Part shown: positions 37,176 through 46,315 of the stretch, piece by piece
Layout: each line of letters begins with the position of its first letter
How positions within the stretch are numbered: the stretch's first letter is position 1
DNA from: a bacterium
Lineage (GTDB): Bacteria > Margulisbacteria > Marinamargulisbacteria > GCA-2716485 > JAYNIM01
NCBI GenBank assembly: GCA_038109055.1
Contig: JAYNIM010000003.1
Location: 84,873 to 148,872 of the forward strand
Direction: 5' to 3'
Length of the DNA stretch: 64,000 bases
Position numbers and translations under genes: made by a program
The notes under the pieces: generated by a model
The model's input: the letters and a program-made list of their open reading frames with translations, nothing else
What the model was told of the DNA's origin: nothing
Database searches by the model: none

Positions 37176-38498
37176 TTAGTTGTTTATTAGGATCTTTTCT
37201 AGACTATCAAAAAACTTAGGAAATGAGGTTTTTATGCAGTTACAGTCTTTAATGGTTGCTGAGACCTGACCGGCTTGTGCCGCAATAATGGCAGACATGG
37301 CGATACGATGATCATGTTGGCTATCGCAGTGAAATGGGGTTATTTTGACGGGGCCTTTAAAGCTAAATCCGTCTTCTTTTTCTGTGACGTCTATGCCCAT
37401 GTTGCTCAGTAGGCATACCATGTTGTGAATACGATCAGATTCTTTGACACGAAGTTCTTTGGCGTCTGTGATAGCAAAAGTTCCGCGTGCAAAGCAGCCA
37501 GCGATGGCTAAAATCGGGATTTCATCGATAATTTGTGGAATTATTTCTTTTGGAATAGAGATGTTTTTTAACTCGCTACTATTGACGATGATGTCTCCGT
37601 AAGGTTCCCAGGTTTCTATTTTATTTTCGATGTGATAATTAAGCCCCATGTGTTTTAAAATATCTAAAAATGCGATTCGTTGTGGGTTTAGACTGACTTT
37701 TCTTAAAATGAGTGTACAGCTTGGATGGCAGGCAGCTAAAACAATGAAGAAAGCAGCAGCAGAGGGATCATTGGGGATGAATAAGGCTGTGTTAGGATGG
37801 GGATTATTTAATGGTTTTGTGTTTGTGATAGAGATGTGGTTTTTTTTGCAAAGAATGTCTGCTCCAAAGTAACGTAGCAGTCGTTCACTATGATCGCGGG
37901 AAGGTGTTTCTTCGATAATAACCGTTTTTTCTTGGGCATAGAGGCCTGCAAATAGTAGGGCTGATTTTACTTGAGCACTGGCAATAGGGAGTTGATAAAG
38001 GATCCCTTTTAGTTGCTTTTGACCGATAATATTTAAAGGGGCAAAGCGTTTGTTGTTTCTAGCTTTACCTTTGATGATGGCCCCCATTTGGCCCAACGGG
38101 TTGATAATGCGGTCCATTGGTCGTTGTTGGATGCTTTTATCGCCACTGATTTCGCTGTTAAAAGGTTGAGCGGCCAAAATACCGGTTAGTAGACGGATGG
38201 CAGTTCCGGCATTTCCCACATTGATACATGAAGGGGGGGGCTTAAGTCCTTTTAGTCCTTGGCCGTGTATGGCTGTTTTCTTTTTGATATTTTTAATTGG
38301 AATGCCAAGACTTTTTAGAGCTTGTCTGCTGTTTTTACAATCGGTAGCTTCAGACATGTTTTCGAAAAGACTGTTATTGTTGCATAAACTGGCTAATATA
38401 TAGGCTCTGTGTGAGATTGATTTATCGCCAGGTAAGGTTTCATCAAGTATTAACGTATGATTTTTTAATTGTTTTGGGGTGATTGTAAGCTCATCCAT
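37176..38498 (-). CDS. aroA: 3-phosphoshikimate 1-carboxyvinyltransferase (EPSP synthase)
   Basis: 440 aa. LPGDKSISHRA, NAGTAIRLLTG, KESDRI, HDHRIAMS. Confidence 0.95.
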   Translation of the reverse strand: MDELTITPKQLKNHTLILDETLPGDKSISHRAYILASLCNNNSLFENMSEATDCKNSRQALKSLGIPIKNIKKKTAIHGQGLKGLKPPPSCINVGNAGTAIRLLTGILAAQPFNSEISGDKSIQQRPMDRIINPLGQMGAIIKGKARNNKRFAPLNIIGQKQLKGILYQLPIASAQVKSALLFAGLYAQEKTVIIEETPSRDHSERLLRYFGADILCKKNHISITNTKPLNNPHPNTALFIPNDPSAAAFFIVLAACHPSCTLILRKVSLNPQRIAFLDILKHMGLNYHIENKIETWEPYGDIIVNSSELKNISIPKEIIPQIIDEIPILAIAGCFARGTFAITDAKELRVKESDRIHNMVCLLSNMGIDVTEKEDGFSFKGPVKITPFHCDSQHDHRIAMSAIIAAQAGQVSATIKDCNCIKTSFPKFFDSLEKILINN

Positions 38499-38518
38499 TA
38501 CGGTTTTGTATGTAGAGC

Positions 38519-40123
38519 TTATTTAATGTTTCGGAGAAAGGCAGGTACATCAAGGTGATGGTTTGAGGATTCTTCGTTGATGTCCTCATTGTTGGTGGAA
38601 GGGGGTGTTTCTAAGGGGGTGTCAGTGGGGCTGACGGAGCTATGTGTTGGCACCTGTATTTGATAGGTGTTTTCAGGGGAGGCGTGTTTGGGGATATTGT
38701 TTTGACTGGGGGAGGGGAATGTACTTTCCATTTCTTGATGAGATTGTGCTGATTCTGTCGTAGGGTCTGTGACTGATTGTGTGTTGTTTTCTTGGTTTTG
38801 AATGGCGTCTTGAAGGGTTTGAATTTTTTCTTCTTCTTCTTGAATATGTGGTGGGGTCGCTGATAAGTTATCTTTATTCGTAAAGGGGGTTTCTAAGTTT
38901 TCTTGCTTAGGTAATGAGTCTGTTGTTTGAATATTGCTTAGTTGACTAATATGTTTCAAGGGTTCTGGTAAGGTGTCTATGTTTTCGGGTTCTGTAGAGG
39001 AGGTGTCTGTGAAGTCTATATTTGGAGAGATTTGAATTGATTCTGTATGAGAGGGATCTGTTTGTTGGCTGCTTTGAAAAATTTGGCTTGATTGGAGGGG
39101 TTTATCTTTTATAAAGCCTGTTGCTATTACGGTGATGACGATATTGTCGCCAAGATCTTCTCTGATGACTGAGCCGAAGACAATATTAGCTTCTGGATCA
39201 ACTGCATTATAAATAACGTCGGCGGCTTCGTGTACTTCGTGTAAAGACAAATTGTCGCTTCCTGAGATGTTTAAAATGACGCCTGTGGCACCTTCTATTG
39301 ATTCTTCTAGCAATGGTGAAAATACAGCTTGTTTAGCAGCCTCTTGGGCGCGTCCTTCACCACTTGCTTGACCTACGCCCATCATGGCAGATCCTGAATC
39401 TTTCATAATGGTTTTGACGTCGGCAAAATCTAAGTTTATTAAACCGGGGACAGTGATGAGTTCAGCAATACCTTGAACACCTTGACGTAGTACGTCGTCT
39501 GCAATTTTGAAGGCTTCTGTCATGGACGTCATTTTTTCAACCACTTCTAGCAGATTGTTATTAGGTATAACGATAAGTGCATCAACATGTTGCCGGAGTT
39601 CTTCTATTCCTTCGAGTGCTTGTCTGTTTCTGACAGGACCTTCGAAACGAAAAGGTTTTGTGACAACGCCAATTGTTAAGGCGCCAATATCTTTGGCTAT
39701 ACGTGCAATTACGGGGGATGCGCCGGTGCCAGTGCCACCACCCATGCCAGCGGTCACAAAGACCATGTCAGCACCTTCTAACGCTACTTCTAAGTCTTCT
39801 TTGCTTTCTTTGGCTGCTTGTTCTCCAACATTAGGTATGGCTCCGCCACCTAAGCCTTTGGTTAGTTTTGATCCTATTTGTAATTTTTGTTCAGCTAAAG
39901 AAACGTTTATTGCCTGTAGATCTGTATTTATTGCCCAGAATTCTACGCCGGTTACGTTAGACGCAATCATACGGTTAACGGCGTTACCTCCGCCTCCACC
40001 TACACCTAAAACCTTAATATTCGCAAATTGTTTTAACACGTTGCCTGTGTCAGTCAAGTTTAGTCTCCTCTTGAGGGTATGCTTCAATAGTAGCATAAAA
40101 AAAAAATTAAAGACAAGTTTCAT
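38519..40123 (-). CDS. ftsZ: Cell division GTPase FtsZ with a ~175-aa disordered C-terminal linker
   Basis: [30 protein letters not shown] (tubulin signature) and the C-terminal peptide [11 protein letters not shown]. The real start is probably TTG at 40057 (GAGGAG RBS 7 nt upstream, product [21 protein letters not shown]), not 40123. Confidence 0.95.
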   Translation of the reverse strand: MKLVFNFFFMLLLKHTLKRRLNLTDTGNVLKQFANIKVLGVGGGGGNAVNRMIASNVTGVEFWAINTDLQAINVSLAEQKLQIGSKLTKGLGGGAIPNVGEQAAKESKEDLEVALEGADMVFVTAGMGGGTGTGASPVIARIAKDIGALTIGVVTKPFRFEGPVRNRQALEGIEELRQHVDALIVIPNNNLLEVVEKMTSMTEAFKIADDVLRQGVQGIAELITVPGLINLDFADVKTIMKDSGSAMMGVGQASGEGRAQEAAKQAVFSPLLEESIEGATGVILNISGSDNLSLHEVHEAADVIYNAVDPEANIVFGSVIREDLGDNIVITVIATGFIKDKPLQSSQIFQSSQQTDPSHTESIQISPNIDFTDTSSTEPENIDTLPEPLKHISQLSNIQTTDSLPKQENLETPFTNKDNLSATPPHIQEEEEKIQTLQDAIQNQENNTQSVTDPTTESAQSHQEMESTFPSPSQNNIPKHASPENTYQIQVPTHSSVSPTDTPLETPPSTNNEDINEESSNHHLDVPAFLRNIK

Positions 40124-40212
40124 TTGAGGGTATTTTTTTTAAAATTGTAATTTTTTCTATTTCTGTTTGCCTTTCTATGCGTTCAGTCTTTTGTTATGAT
40201 TAACCTAAGGTT

Positions 40213-41022
40213 ATGAAGACATATTTAGAGTTAGTGAAGAAGGTTTTAAACCAAGGAGCTGTCAAGAAAGATCGAACGGGTACGGGTACGCGTTCCTTAT
40301 TTGGTGAACAGTTACGTATTGATTTGCGTAAAGGGTTTCCGCTACTAACGACTAAAAAAGTGTATTTTTCGTCTGTTCTAAAGGAATTATTGTGGTTCAT
40401 ACGCGGAGCTACTAATATTCATGATGGACTTGGTTGTGGTATTTGGGATGCCTGGGCAGATGATTCGGGTGAGTTGGGGCCTATTTATGGGTATCAATGG
40501 CGTTCTTGGCCGCGCTATAAAAAGGCTGGTGAGGGCTCTAATATTACGCTTAGTTATGTGGATCAGTTATCTGAGTTATTGGCTCAGTTAAAACAAAATC
40601 CTGATTCTCGTCGTCATATTGTTTCCGCGTGGAATGTGGCAGATTTGCCTGATATGGCGTTGCCTCCTTGTCATGTATTTTTTCAGTTTTATGTCGTCGA
40701 CGGTTTTTTGGATTGTCAGTTGTATCAACGGTCTGCAGATCTTGCTGTTGGGGTGCCTTTTAATATTGCGAGTTATGCCTTGCTATTAATGATGGTTGCT
40801 CAAGAGTGTGGCTATCAACCCCGATATTTTATTCATACCTTTGGGGATGTTCATTTATATGAAAATCATTTAGAGGCTATGGTAGAGCAACTTGCACGTA
40901 AACCAGGCCGTTTACCCAAGCTTACTATTGAGAACAAGCCTTTTTTTGACTTGGTTTATGATGATTTTACCTTGTTGGAGTATCATCCTCAGCCCTTTAT
41001 TAAGTTACCTGTTGCGGTGTAA
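40213..41022 (+). CDS. thyA: Thymidylate synthase (ThyA type)
   Basis: 269 aa. [25 protein letters not shown] (catalytic Cys), QRSADL. Confidence 0.95.
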   Translation: MKTYLELVKKVLNQGAVKKDRTGTGTRSLFGEQLRIDLRKGFPLLTTKKVYFSSVLKELLWFIRGATNIHDGLGCGIWDAWADDSGELGPIYGYQWRSWPRYKKAGEGSNITLSYVDQLSELLAQLKQNPDSRRHIVSAWNVADLPDMALPPCHVFFQFYVVDGFLDCQLYQRSADLAVGVPFNIASYALLLMMVAQECGYQPRYFIHTFGDVHLYENHLEAMVEQLARKPGRLPKLTIENKPFFDLVYDDFTLLEYHPQPFIKLPVAV

Positions 41023-41023
41023 A

Positions 41024-42751
41024 TTAGGGCGTATCGGGAGGATAATGGAAATGATTGATCAAGCTTTCAGCGATATTTTTAAATATGACTCCAGACGTAT
41101 GACCACCATAAATACTGGTTTGCGGGCTATCTAAAATTACAGCTATCACTGCTCTGGGTTTATTAAAGGGGAGGAAACCGACAAAGCTGGCCATGTAGTT
41201 GCCTTCTTGGTATCCTAGGCCGTCTTCTTTCGCTTTTTGAGCTGTTCCGGTTTTTCCAGCAACTTTATAATGAGGAATTTTGACGGGCCAAGCAGTTCCG
41301 CCCTCTACTACTTGGCTAAGCATTTCTTTGATGAGGGCGTTAGTTTTTGGGGATAGGACTTGTTGTTGATAGCTTAGGGTGTTTTTTTGAAAGCTATCAA
41401 AATTGTTGTTGGTTCGTTGATAAATCAGTTTTGGCTGGATATAGCTGCCGTTGTTTGCAAAGACATTCATGGCGGCAGCAAGTTGAAGAGGCGTTACAGC
41501 TAGGCCTTGACCAAAGGCATGGGTTTCTAGATCGATGCCTGACCAGTTGTTAGGGTGATGTAAAATACCCTTGCTTTCACCGGGAAGGTTGCAGTTGCTG
41601 CGTTTACCAAAACCAAATTTTCGTAGATAGCGATATAGTTCATATTTGTTTGATTTTTGGGCGATGAGGGCGGTACCGATATTTGATGAATATTTTAGAA
41701 TATCTGTAATACTTTTTAAGTAGGGGTCATCTTCTTTTGGAGGATGGGCTTCGTTAATGGTGTGTTTGTAGACTTTGAGATTTCGTGGTACATAAAGTTT
41801 ATCAGTTGCTTGAATTCGACCTTCTTCTAATGCCATGGCAATGGTGATGCCTTTTATCACAGAGCCTGGTTCGAACACATCAGTGATACATGGATTTTTG
41901 AATATTTGGTTTGACGCGTGTTGCCAGTTGTTTGGGTTGAAATTTGGATAGCTAGCCAGGGCTAATATGTGCCCGGTGTTGGGTTCTAGTACGATGGCAT
42001 AGCCTTTGGTTGCTTGGTACTTTTTTATGCCTTCTTTTAAGTATTGTTCGGTGATATGTTGGGTGTAGGTATCGATAGTTAAAATGAGGTGGCTGCCATG
42101 ATTGGCTTTATAGTGGATTTTTTTTCCCGTAATGAGGGAGCGGCCTCTGGGGTCTTTTTCTAGAATAATCTTGCCAGGATTGCCTTTAAGATTATTGTTT
42201 TCGCTATATTCGATACCGCTGAGGCCTTGATTGTCGATGCCTGTGAAGCCGATGATGTGGCTGGCGAGTTTTTGTTGGGGGTAATGGCGTTGCTTTTCTT
42301 GAATTATTTTTATTCCTTGTAGGTTTAGTTCTTTTATTTTTTCTTTGTTACGTGTGTTGGTGTGGCGCTTGATCCATACAAAATGAGTATTTTTGCTCAT
42401 TTTTTTTGCAAGCTCTTCGACGGGGATATTTAGTATGGGGCTGAGTGCTAGGGCGTTTTTTGTGGGGGATTTGATGGTTTTCGGTAATGCGAATATTGAA
42501 TAACTGGTTTTCATAGTAGCGAGTAAGGTGTGGTCTTTTGTGTATATGTCTCCTCGATTGGGGTGGATGTTGATGATGTGTTTGAGTTGGCGATTGGCCT
42601 TTTGGGTGTAATGTTGGTGTTGAATGAGTTGAATATAGGCCAGCCGGCTGATGAATACGCCACCTATGATTAGGATGCTGATGCAGAAAACGATATTTCT
42701 TTTAGGGTTGATTTTGTAATGAGACATATTCTTTTTTTCGTATGGGGGCAA
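41024..42751 (-). CDS. ftsI: Class B penicillin-binding protein (FtsI/PBP3-type transpeptidase)
   Basis: 575 aa with an N-terminal anchor. SVIK (SxxK), YSSNIG (SxN), KTGTA. Preceded by an ftsL-like gene. Confidence 0.85.
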   Translation of the reverse strand: MPPYEKKNMSHYKINPKRNIVFCISILIIGGVFISRLAYIQLIQHQHYTQKANRQLKHIINIHPNRGDIYTKDHTLLATMKTSYSIFALPKTIKSPTKNALALSPILNIPVEELAKKMSKNTHFVWIKRHTNTRNKEKIKELNLQGIKIIQEKQRHYPQQKLASHIIGFTGIDNQGLSGIEYSENNNLKGNPGKIILEKDPRGRSLITGKKIHYKANHGSHLILTIDTYTQHITEQYLKEGIKKYQATKGYAIVLEPNTGHILALASYPNFNPNNWQHASNQIFKNPCITDVFEPGSVIKGITIAMALEEGRIQATDKLYVPRNLKVYKHTINEAHPPKEDDPYLKSITDILKYSSNIGTALIAQKSNKYELYRYLRKFGFGKRSNCNLPGESKGILHHPNNWSGIDLETHAFGQGLAVTPLQLAAAMNVFANNGSYIQPKLIYQRTNNNFDSFQKNTLSYQQQVLSPKTNALIKEMLSQVVEGGTAWPVKIPHYKVAGKTGTAQKAKEDGLGYQEGNYMASFVGFLPFNKPRAVIAVILDSPQTSIYGGHTSGVIFKNIAESLINHFHYPPDTP

Positions 42752-42983
42752 GTTGTAGGTCCTTTGCTTTGCTTGCGAGGTAGCTTAGTGTGTCTTTTTC
42801 TAGTACTTTTTGGCGTAATAGGTTGTTTTTATTTTTTATGTTGTTTAGTTTTTTTTCTAATGGGCGTGTGGCTTCGTGGATATTGTTTGTTTTTATGTTA
42901 ATACTCAGGCCTAGGATAGCTAATAGTATGATGATGAGGTAAAAGAGGCTATAAAAGGCGATGGTTTTTCTTTTTTTGTGCAT
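42702..42983 (-). CDS. ftsL: FtsL-like small bitopic division protein
   Basis: 93 aa with a single TM (IAFYSLFYLIIILLAILGLSI) followed by a helical region. The call rests on position directly upstream of ftsI. Confidence 0.5.
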   Translation of the reverse strand: MHKKRKTIAFYSLFYLIIILLAILGLSINIKTNNIHEATRPLEKKLNNIKNKNNLLRQKVLEKDTLSYLASKAKDLQLAPIRKKEYVSLQNQP

Positions 42984-43642
42984 AACTTTAGTATAGCTTT
43001 TCTGGGGTTAAATTCCCATTTTAGTGTTTAAGTGGTTTTGTTGTTTCATTTTGTTTATTTATTGTAATAATAGATTATTTTGTTTTTGTATAATTATATT
43101 TCTATATTTTTTATTATTTTATTTTCTTTTATTTAAATATTTTTATATATTCTTTATTTGTATTTATTGTTTATTTGTACTTGATTTGCCTATTATATTT
43201 TTTTAATTTCTTTATTTTCATATTTATATATAAATTTTATTATATTTCTGTATAAATATATTTTAAAGAATTTTTTTGTTGTAAAGTTGTATTTTATTTA
43301 CCAATTGGTGATTATATATTTATTTAAACTAGTTATTATATTGGTTTGTTATTTTTTATGTTGATTTTTATTGGCTTTTTTTTATTTAATTCTCTATTAT
43401 TGTCTATATTTTCTATTTTTTTTTTATTAGTCAAAGGATTAGTTTTTATTTTTTTTATAAATATTTAAGTACGATATTTTTTTCTTTTTATAATATTGAA
43501 TTTTAATTTATATTTATTAGTAGAGTATTTACATGTTGTTGCTTTCTTTTCTGATGTAGGGTAGTATTTTGGTTTACCATAATTATTTATTTTTATAATA
43601 AGTAATCTTATGGTTAGTTTTATTATATTTTAGGAGATTTTT

Positions 43643-44752
43643 ATGACTAAAGTTAAATCCGTATGTGTTAATCCTGGGCATGGGTCTAATTCCCGTCGTT
43701 CTCGTTCCGTTCCTTTCCAGGGTAGAGACGATAAACCTATTTCTAAATCTTTCCAGGGTAGAAACTTTAATAGGCCTAATAGGCCTAATAGGCCTAAGCC
43801 TAATTTTCTAGGGATGCCTACGTCTGCTGGGCTTTCTGATTCTTTTCCTCTTCACAATTTAACTAATTCTCCCTCTCGTCGAACTTCGTCGTCTAGAGGG
43901 CCATCGGGCGATGATTTTGATAAATTAGTAGCAGACTTAAAGAGTTTTGTTGTTCTAAATAGGCGATTGTTAGGTGTTGATGGACCGCCTTTAGTTTTGG
44001 AAGGTGAGGGCCAGGACCATCTGGTTTTTACTTCTAGAGAGGTTCAAAGTGGTCAGGATAGTCCATCATCTCCATCATCTCCATCATCAGGTCAAGTTAA
44101 TCCATTATATGTTTATAAAGTTCAGAGACATTTATTTAAAAAATCCATTTTAGAGGGACTTGATTTTTCTCCCTTAGTGCAATGTCTTGATGACCTTACA
44201 TATGAGTTTTATCGGCCGTTAACTACTTTTGCTAAGCTACCTCCAGTTTTGACATTACCAACTGAACATCATGTTATTTCAGTTAATTCTCATGATTTTA
44301 GGATAGTTTCTAAGCAAGACTTTCTTCCTTCTCCTTATAAGTTTAATTACGGTTCGTCCAGACTTAAGCGGTTACTTTTGTGTTTAAATGAGTATAGGAC
44401 AGAACTTTTTAAACGTATGACTCATAAGGGGGGGGCTGAAGAGTTTTCTGAGCTTCTTAAGCTTTCTTCTAGCGAAAATATTTGGCCTGATATCAATAAG
44501 GAAAACTTTGCTGGTACTGTAGAGGGTATTTTTAATCCAGATAGTTTACATTTTCACCCTACATTCTTTCCTGAATTTTGTCGTTTAATTAAATCTATAG
44601 GGATTGATGCCTTTAGGAGCTTGTTTTTACAACAGTTGAATGAAGTTAGCGCTGATCCCACATTTAATAGCTTCCTTTCAGATCTTTATTCAGGCGTAAG
44701 AGATTTAGACGCAGTTAATTCTGTTGTTTTTAGGGATGGTAGTTTTGGATAG
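43643..44752 (+). CDS. Orphan 369-aa protein: disordered repeat-bearing N-terminus + C-terminal domain with protein-kinase-like motif spacing
   Basis: AGGAG lies 7 nt before the ATG. Motifs: EGEGQDHLVF (aa 120-129), VYKV (K159), E171, WPDINKENF (D283...N288) and NPD (D300). See findings. Confidence 0.65.
   Translation: MTKVKSVCVNPGHGSNSRRSRSVPFQGRDDKPISKSFQGRNFNRPNRPNRPKPNFLGMPTSAGLSDSFPLHNLTNSPSRRTSSSRGPSGDDFDKLVADLKSFVVLNRRLLGVDGPPLVLEGEGQDHLVFTSREVQSGQDSPSSPSSPSSGQVNPLYVYKVQRHLFKKSILEGLDFSPLVQCLDDLTYEFYRPLTTFAKLPPVLTLPTEHHVISVNSHDFRIVSKQDFLPSPYKFNYGSSRLKRLLLCLNEYRTELFKRMTHKGGAEEFSELLKLSSSENIWPDINKENFAGTVEGIFNPDSLHFHPTFFPEFCRLIKSIGIDAFRSLFLQQLNEVSADPTFNSFLSDLYSGVRDLDAVNSVVFRDGSFG
43769..43804 (+). 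repeat. 9-bp tandem repeat AATAGGCCT x3 (+ partial), encoding NRPNRPNRPKPN
   Basis: Read directly at 43769-43795, with a degenerate fourth unit following. Confidence 0.9.
44062..44088 (+). repeat. 9-bp tandem repeat TCCATCATC x3, encoding SPSSPSSPSS
   Basis: Read directly; three perfect units. Confidence 0.9.
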
Positions 44753-45181
44753 TAAGAGAGTTTTTGGTCCATCATTAATGAGTGAAACCTGCATGTAGCT
44801 GCCAAAAATACCTGTTTGTATTTTTTTTTCACAAAGACTTTGGCATGTATTAATAAAGTGATTATATAGCTCTTTTGCTTGTTCTGGTGGAGCAGCGTGA
44901 CTATAATTGGCTTTGTTTCCTTTCTTACAGCTTGCAGCTAGCGTAAATTGGGAGATAATCAGTAGCTCTCCTTTTATCTGATTAATATTCATTGTGGTTT
45001 TATTGTTTTCATCTTGAAATAGTTTTAATTTGCTGCATTTTTTAGCTAGCCATAGACTGTTTTCTTTTGTATCCCCTTTTTCTGCACAAAAAAATAACAA
45101 TAGTCCTTGATTTATTTTTCCCACAACGTTTTCTTTTACGCGAACTTCTGCGTGTTTGACTCGTTGAAGAAGTATTTTCAC
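44705..45181 (-). CDS. dtd: D-aminoacyl-tRNA deacylase
   Basis: 158 aa. MKILLQRV, SQFTLAA, NDGPKTLLL. A ~15-aa C-terminal tail overlaps the convergent orphan by 48 nt. Confidence 0.9.
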   Translation of the reverse strand: MKILLQRVKHAEVRVKENVVGKINQGLLLFFCAEKGDTKENSLWLAKKCSKLKLFQDENNKTTMNINQIKGELLIISQFTLAASCKKGNKANYSHAAPPEQAKELYNHFINTCQSLCEKKIQTGIFGSYMQVSLINDGPKTLLLSKTTIPKNNRINCV

Positions 45182-45200
45182 GTGAAACGGGCTTTAGTGT

Positions 45201-46232
45201 TTATTTGGCTACGACAACGAGTTCTTTACCGGCTAGTTCCACATAGGGTTTGATGGCGGCCATTAAATCTGAAAATTGTGCAAAGGTTAGGGATTGTTCG
45301 CCGTCTGAATATGCCTCTTCTGGTTTTGGATGTACTTCGATTAATAAACCATCAGCTCCGGCAGCGATGGCAGCTTTGGCCATGGGGGTGATGAGCTTAA
45401 CATTTCCAGTGCCGTGACTGGGATCGACCACGATGGGAAGATGGGTGAGCTCTTTGAGTTTGGGGATGGCGTTTAGGTCGAGGGTATTACGGTAGGCTTT
45501 TTCGAAGGTTCTGATGCCTCGCTCACATAAAATAACATTGTAATTACCACCGGCTAAGACATATTCTGCTGACATTAGAAGTTCGTCTAGTGTTGCAGAA
45601 AGGCCACGCTTGATGAGTACGGGTGTTTTGAGCTTGCCGACTTCTTTTAAAAGAGCAAAGTTTTGCATGTTTCGGGCGCCAATTTGGATAAGATCTGTGT
45701 ATTTATCCACGAGTTCTGTGGTGTGTGCGGATAAAAGTTCGGTGACGATTCCTAATCCGGTTTTTTTCTTGCTTTCTGCGAGTAATTTTAAGCCTTCTTC
45801 TTCTAAGCCTTGGAAGCTATAGGGGGATGTTCGGGGTTTGTAGGCACCGCCACGTAATAAGGCCGCCCCTTGGCTTTTGATGTGTTCTGCGGTACTGATG
45901 ATTTGATGTTTATTTTCTACAGAACAGGGGCCAGCTACTACTACAAAATGTTTGCCGCCGACGGGTATGTTATTAATGGTGACGATACTGTCTTCGTGCT
46001 TGGTGCTTCGGGCGGCTAATTTGTAGGGTTTGGTGATGGGGTAAATATTGTCCACTCCGGGTTGAGTGGAGAGCGTTTTTAGGGAGTTTTTGGCATTAGT
46101 GTCGCCGATTGCCCCAATAATACTGCGTTCTGTACCCGGAAGTGTATGAGCTTTTAAGCCTAATGAGTTGATTTTTTTGACGATGTTGTCTATGTCTTTT
46201 TGAGTTGCTTGTGGCTTCATGATGACAATCAT
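45201..46232 (-). CDS. 3-deoxy-7-phosphoheptulonate (DAHP) synthase, type I-beta with N-terminal ferredoxin-like regulatory domain
   Basis: 343 aa. It appears colinear with the Thermotoga-type enzyme as I recall it: MIVIMKP...; GPCSVEN; LRGGAYKPRTSPYSFQGL; IQIGARNMQNF; CERGIRTFE; VDPSH. Confidence 0.9.
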   Translation of the reverse strand: MIVIMKPQATQKDIDNIVKKINSLGLKAHTLPGTERSIIGAIGDTNAKNSLKTLSTQPGVDNIYPITKPYKLAARSTKHEDSIVTINNIPVGGKHFVVVAGPCSVENKHQIISTAEHIKSQGAALLRGGAYKPRTSPYSFQGLEEEGLKLLAESKKKTGLGIVTELLSAHTTELVDKYTDLIQIGARNMQNFALLKEVGKLKTPVLIKRGLSATLDELLMSAEYVLAGGNYNVILCERGIRTFEKAYRNTLDLNAIPKLKELTHLPIVVDPSHGTGNVKLITPMAKAAIAAGADGLLIEVHPKPEEAYSDGEQSLTFAQFSDLMAAIKPYVELAGKELVVVAK

Positions 46233-46315
46233 AACGCACTCCTTGTTTTGCCTTATTTTTACTTTTTTATACTTTGTTGTTAATTTTAGCTTATTTTTTT
46301 TAGTTTATGAAGAGG

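Noticed and set aside
40058-40123. N-terminal extension of ftsZ ([22 protein letters not shown]).
   Set aside because: It is hydrophobic and T-tract encoded, and unlike any FtsZ N-terminus. A GAGGAG RBS followed by TTG at 40057 gives a canonical start. I kept the ORF coordinates in the feature but flagged the issue there.
39507-40127. 206-aa + strand ORF antisense to ftsZ. Similar long antisense ORFs occur at 1044-1421, 9740-10138, 15385-16077, 28528-28926 and 46737-47105.
   Set aside because: Each lies entirely inside a gene with unmistakable family motifs on the other strand. The strong strand skew depletes stop codons in antisense frames, and the products are low-complexity with no motifs.
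43024-43206. Short F/L/I/Y/C-rich ORFs inside T-rich spacers (also 32215-32418, 32879-33064, 34409-34612).
   Set aside because: Their composition simply mirrors T-rich DNA. They have no RBS and no plausible fold.
42984-43642. CRISPR array or structured tandem repeat in the long AT-rich spacers (also 32319-33035 and 34494-34855).
   Set aside because: I found no regularly spaced direct repeats of 25-40 bp. There are only low-complexity T/A runs and short chance repeats, and no cas genes are in the window.
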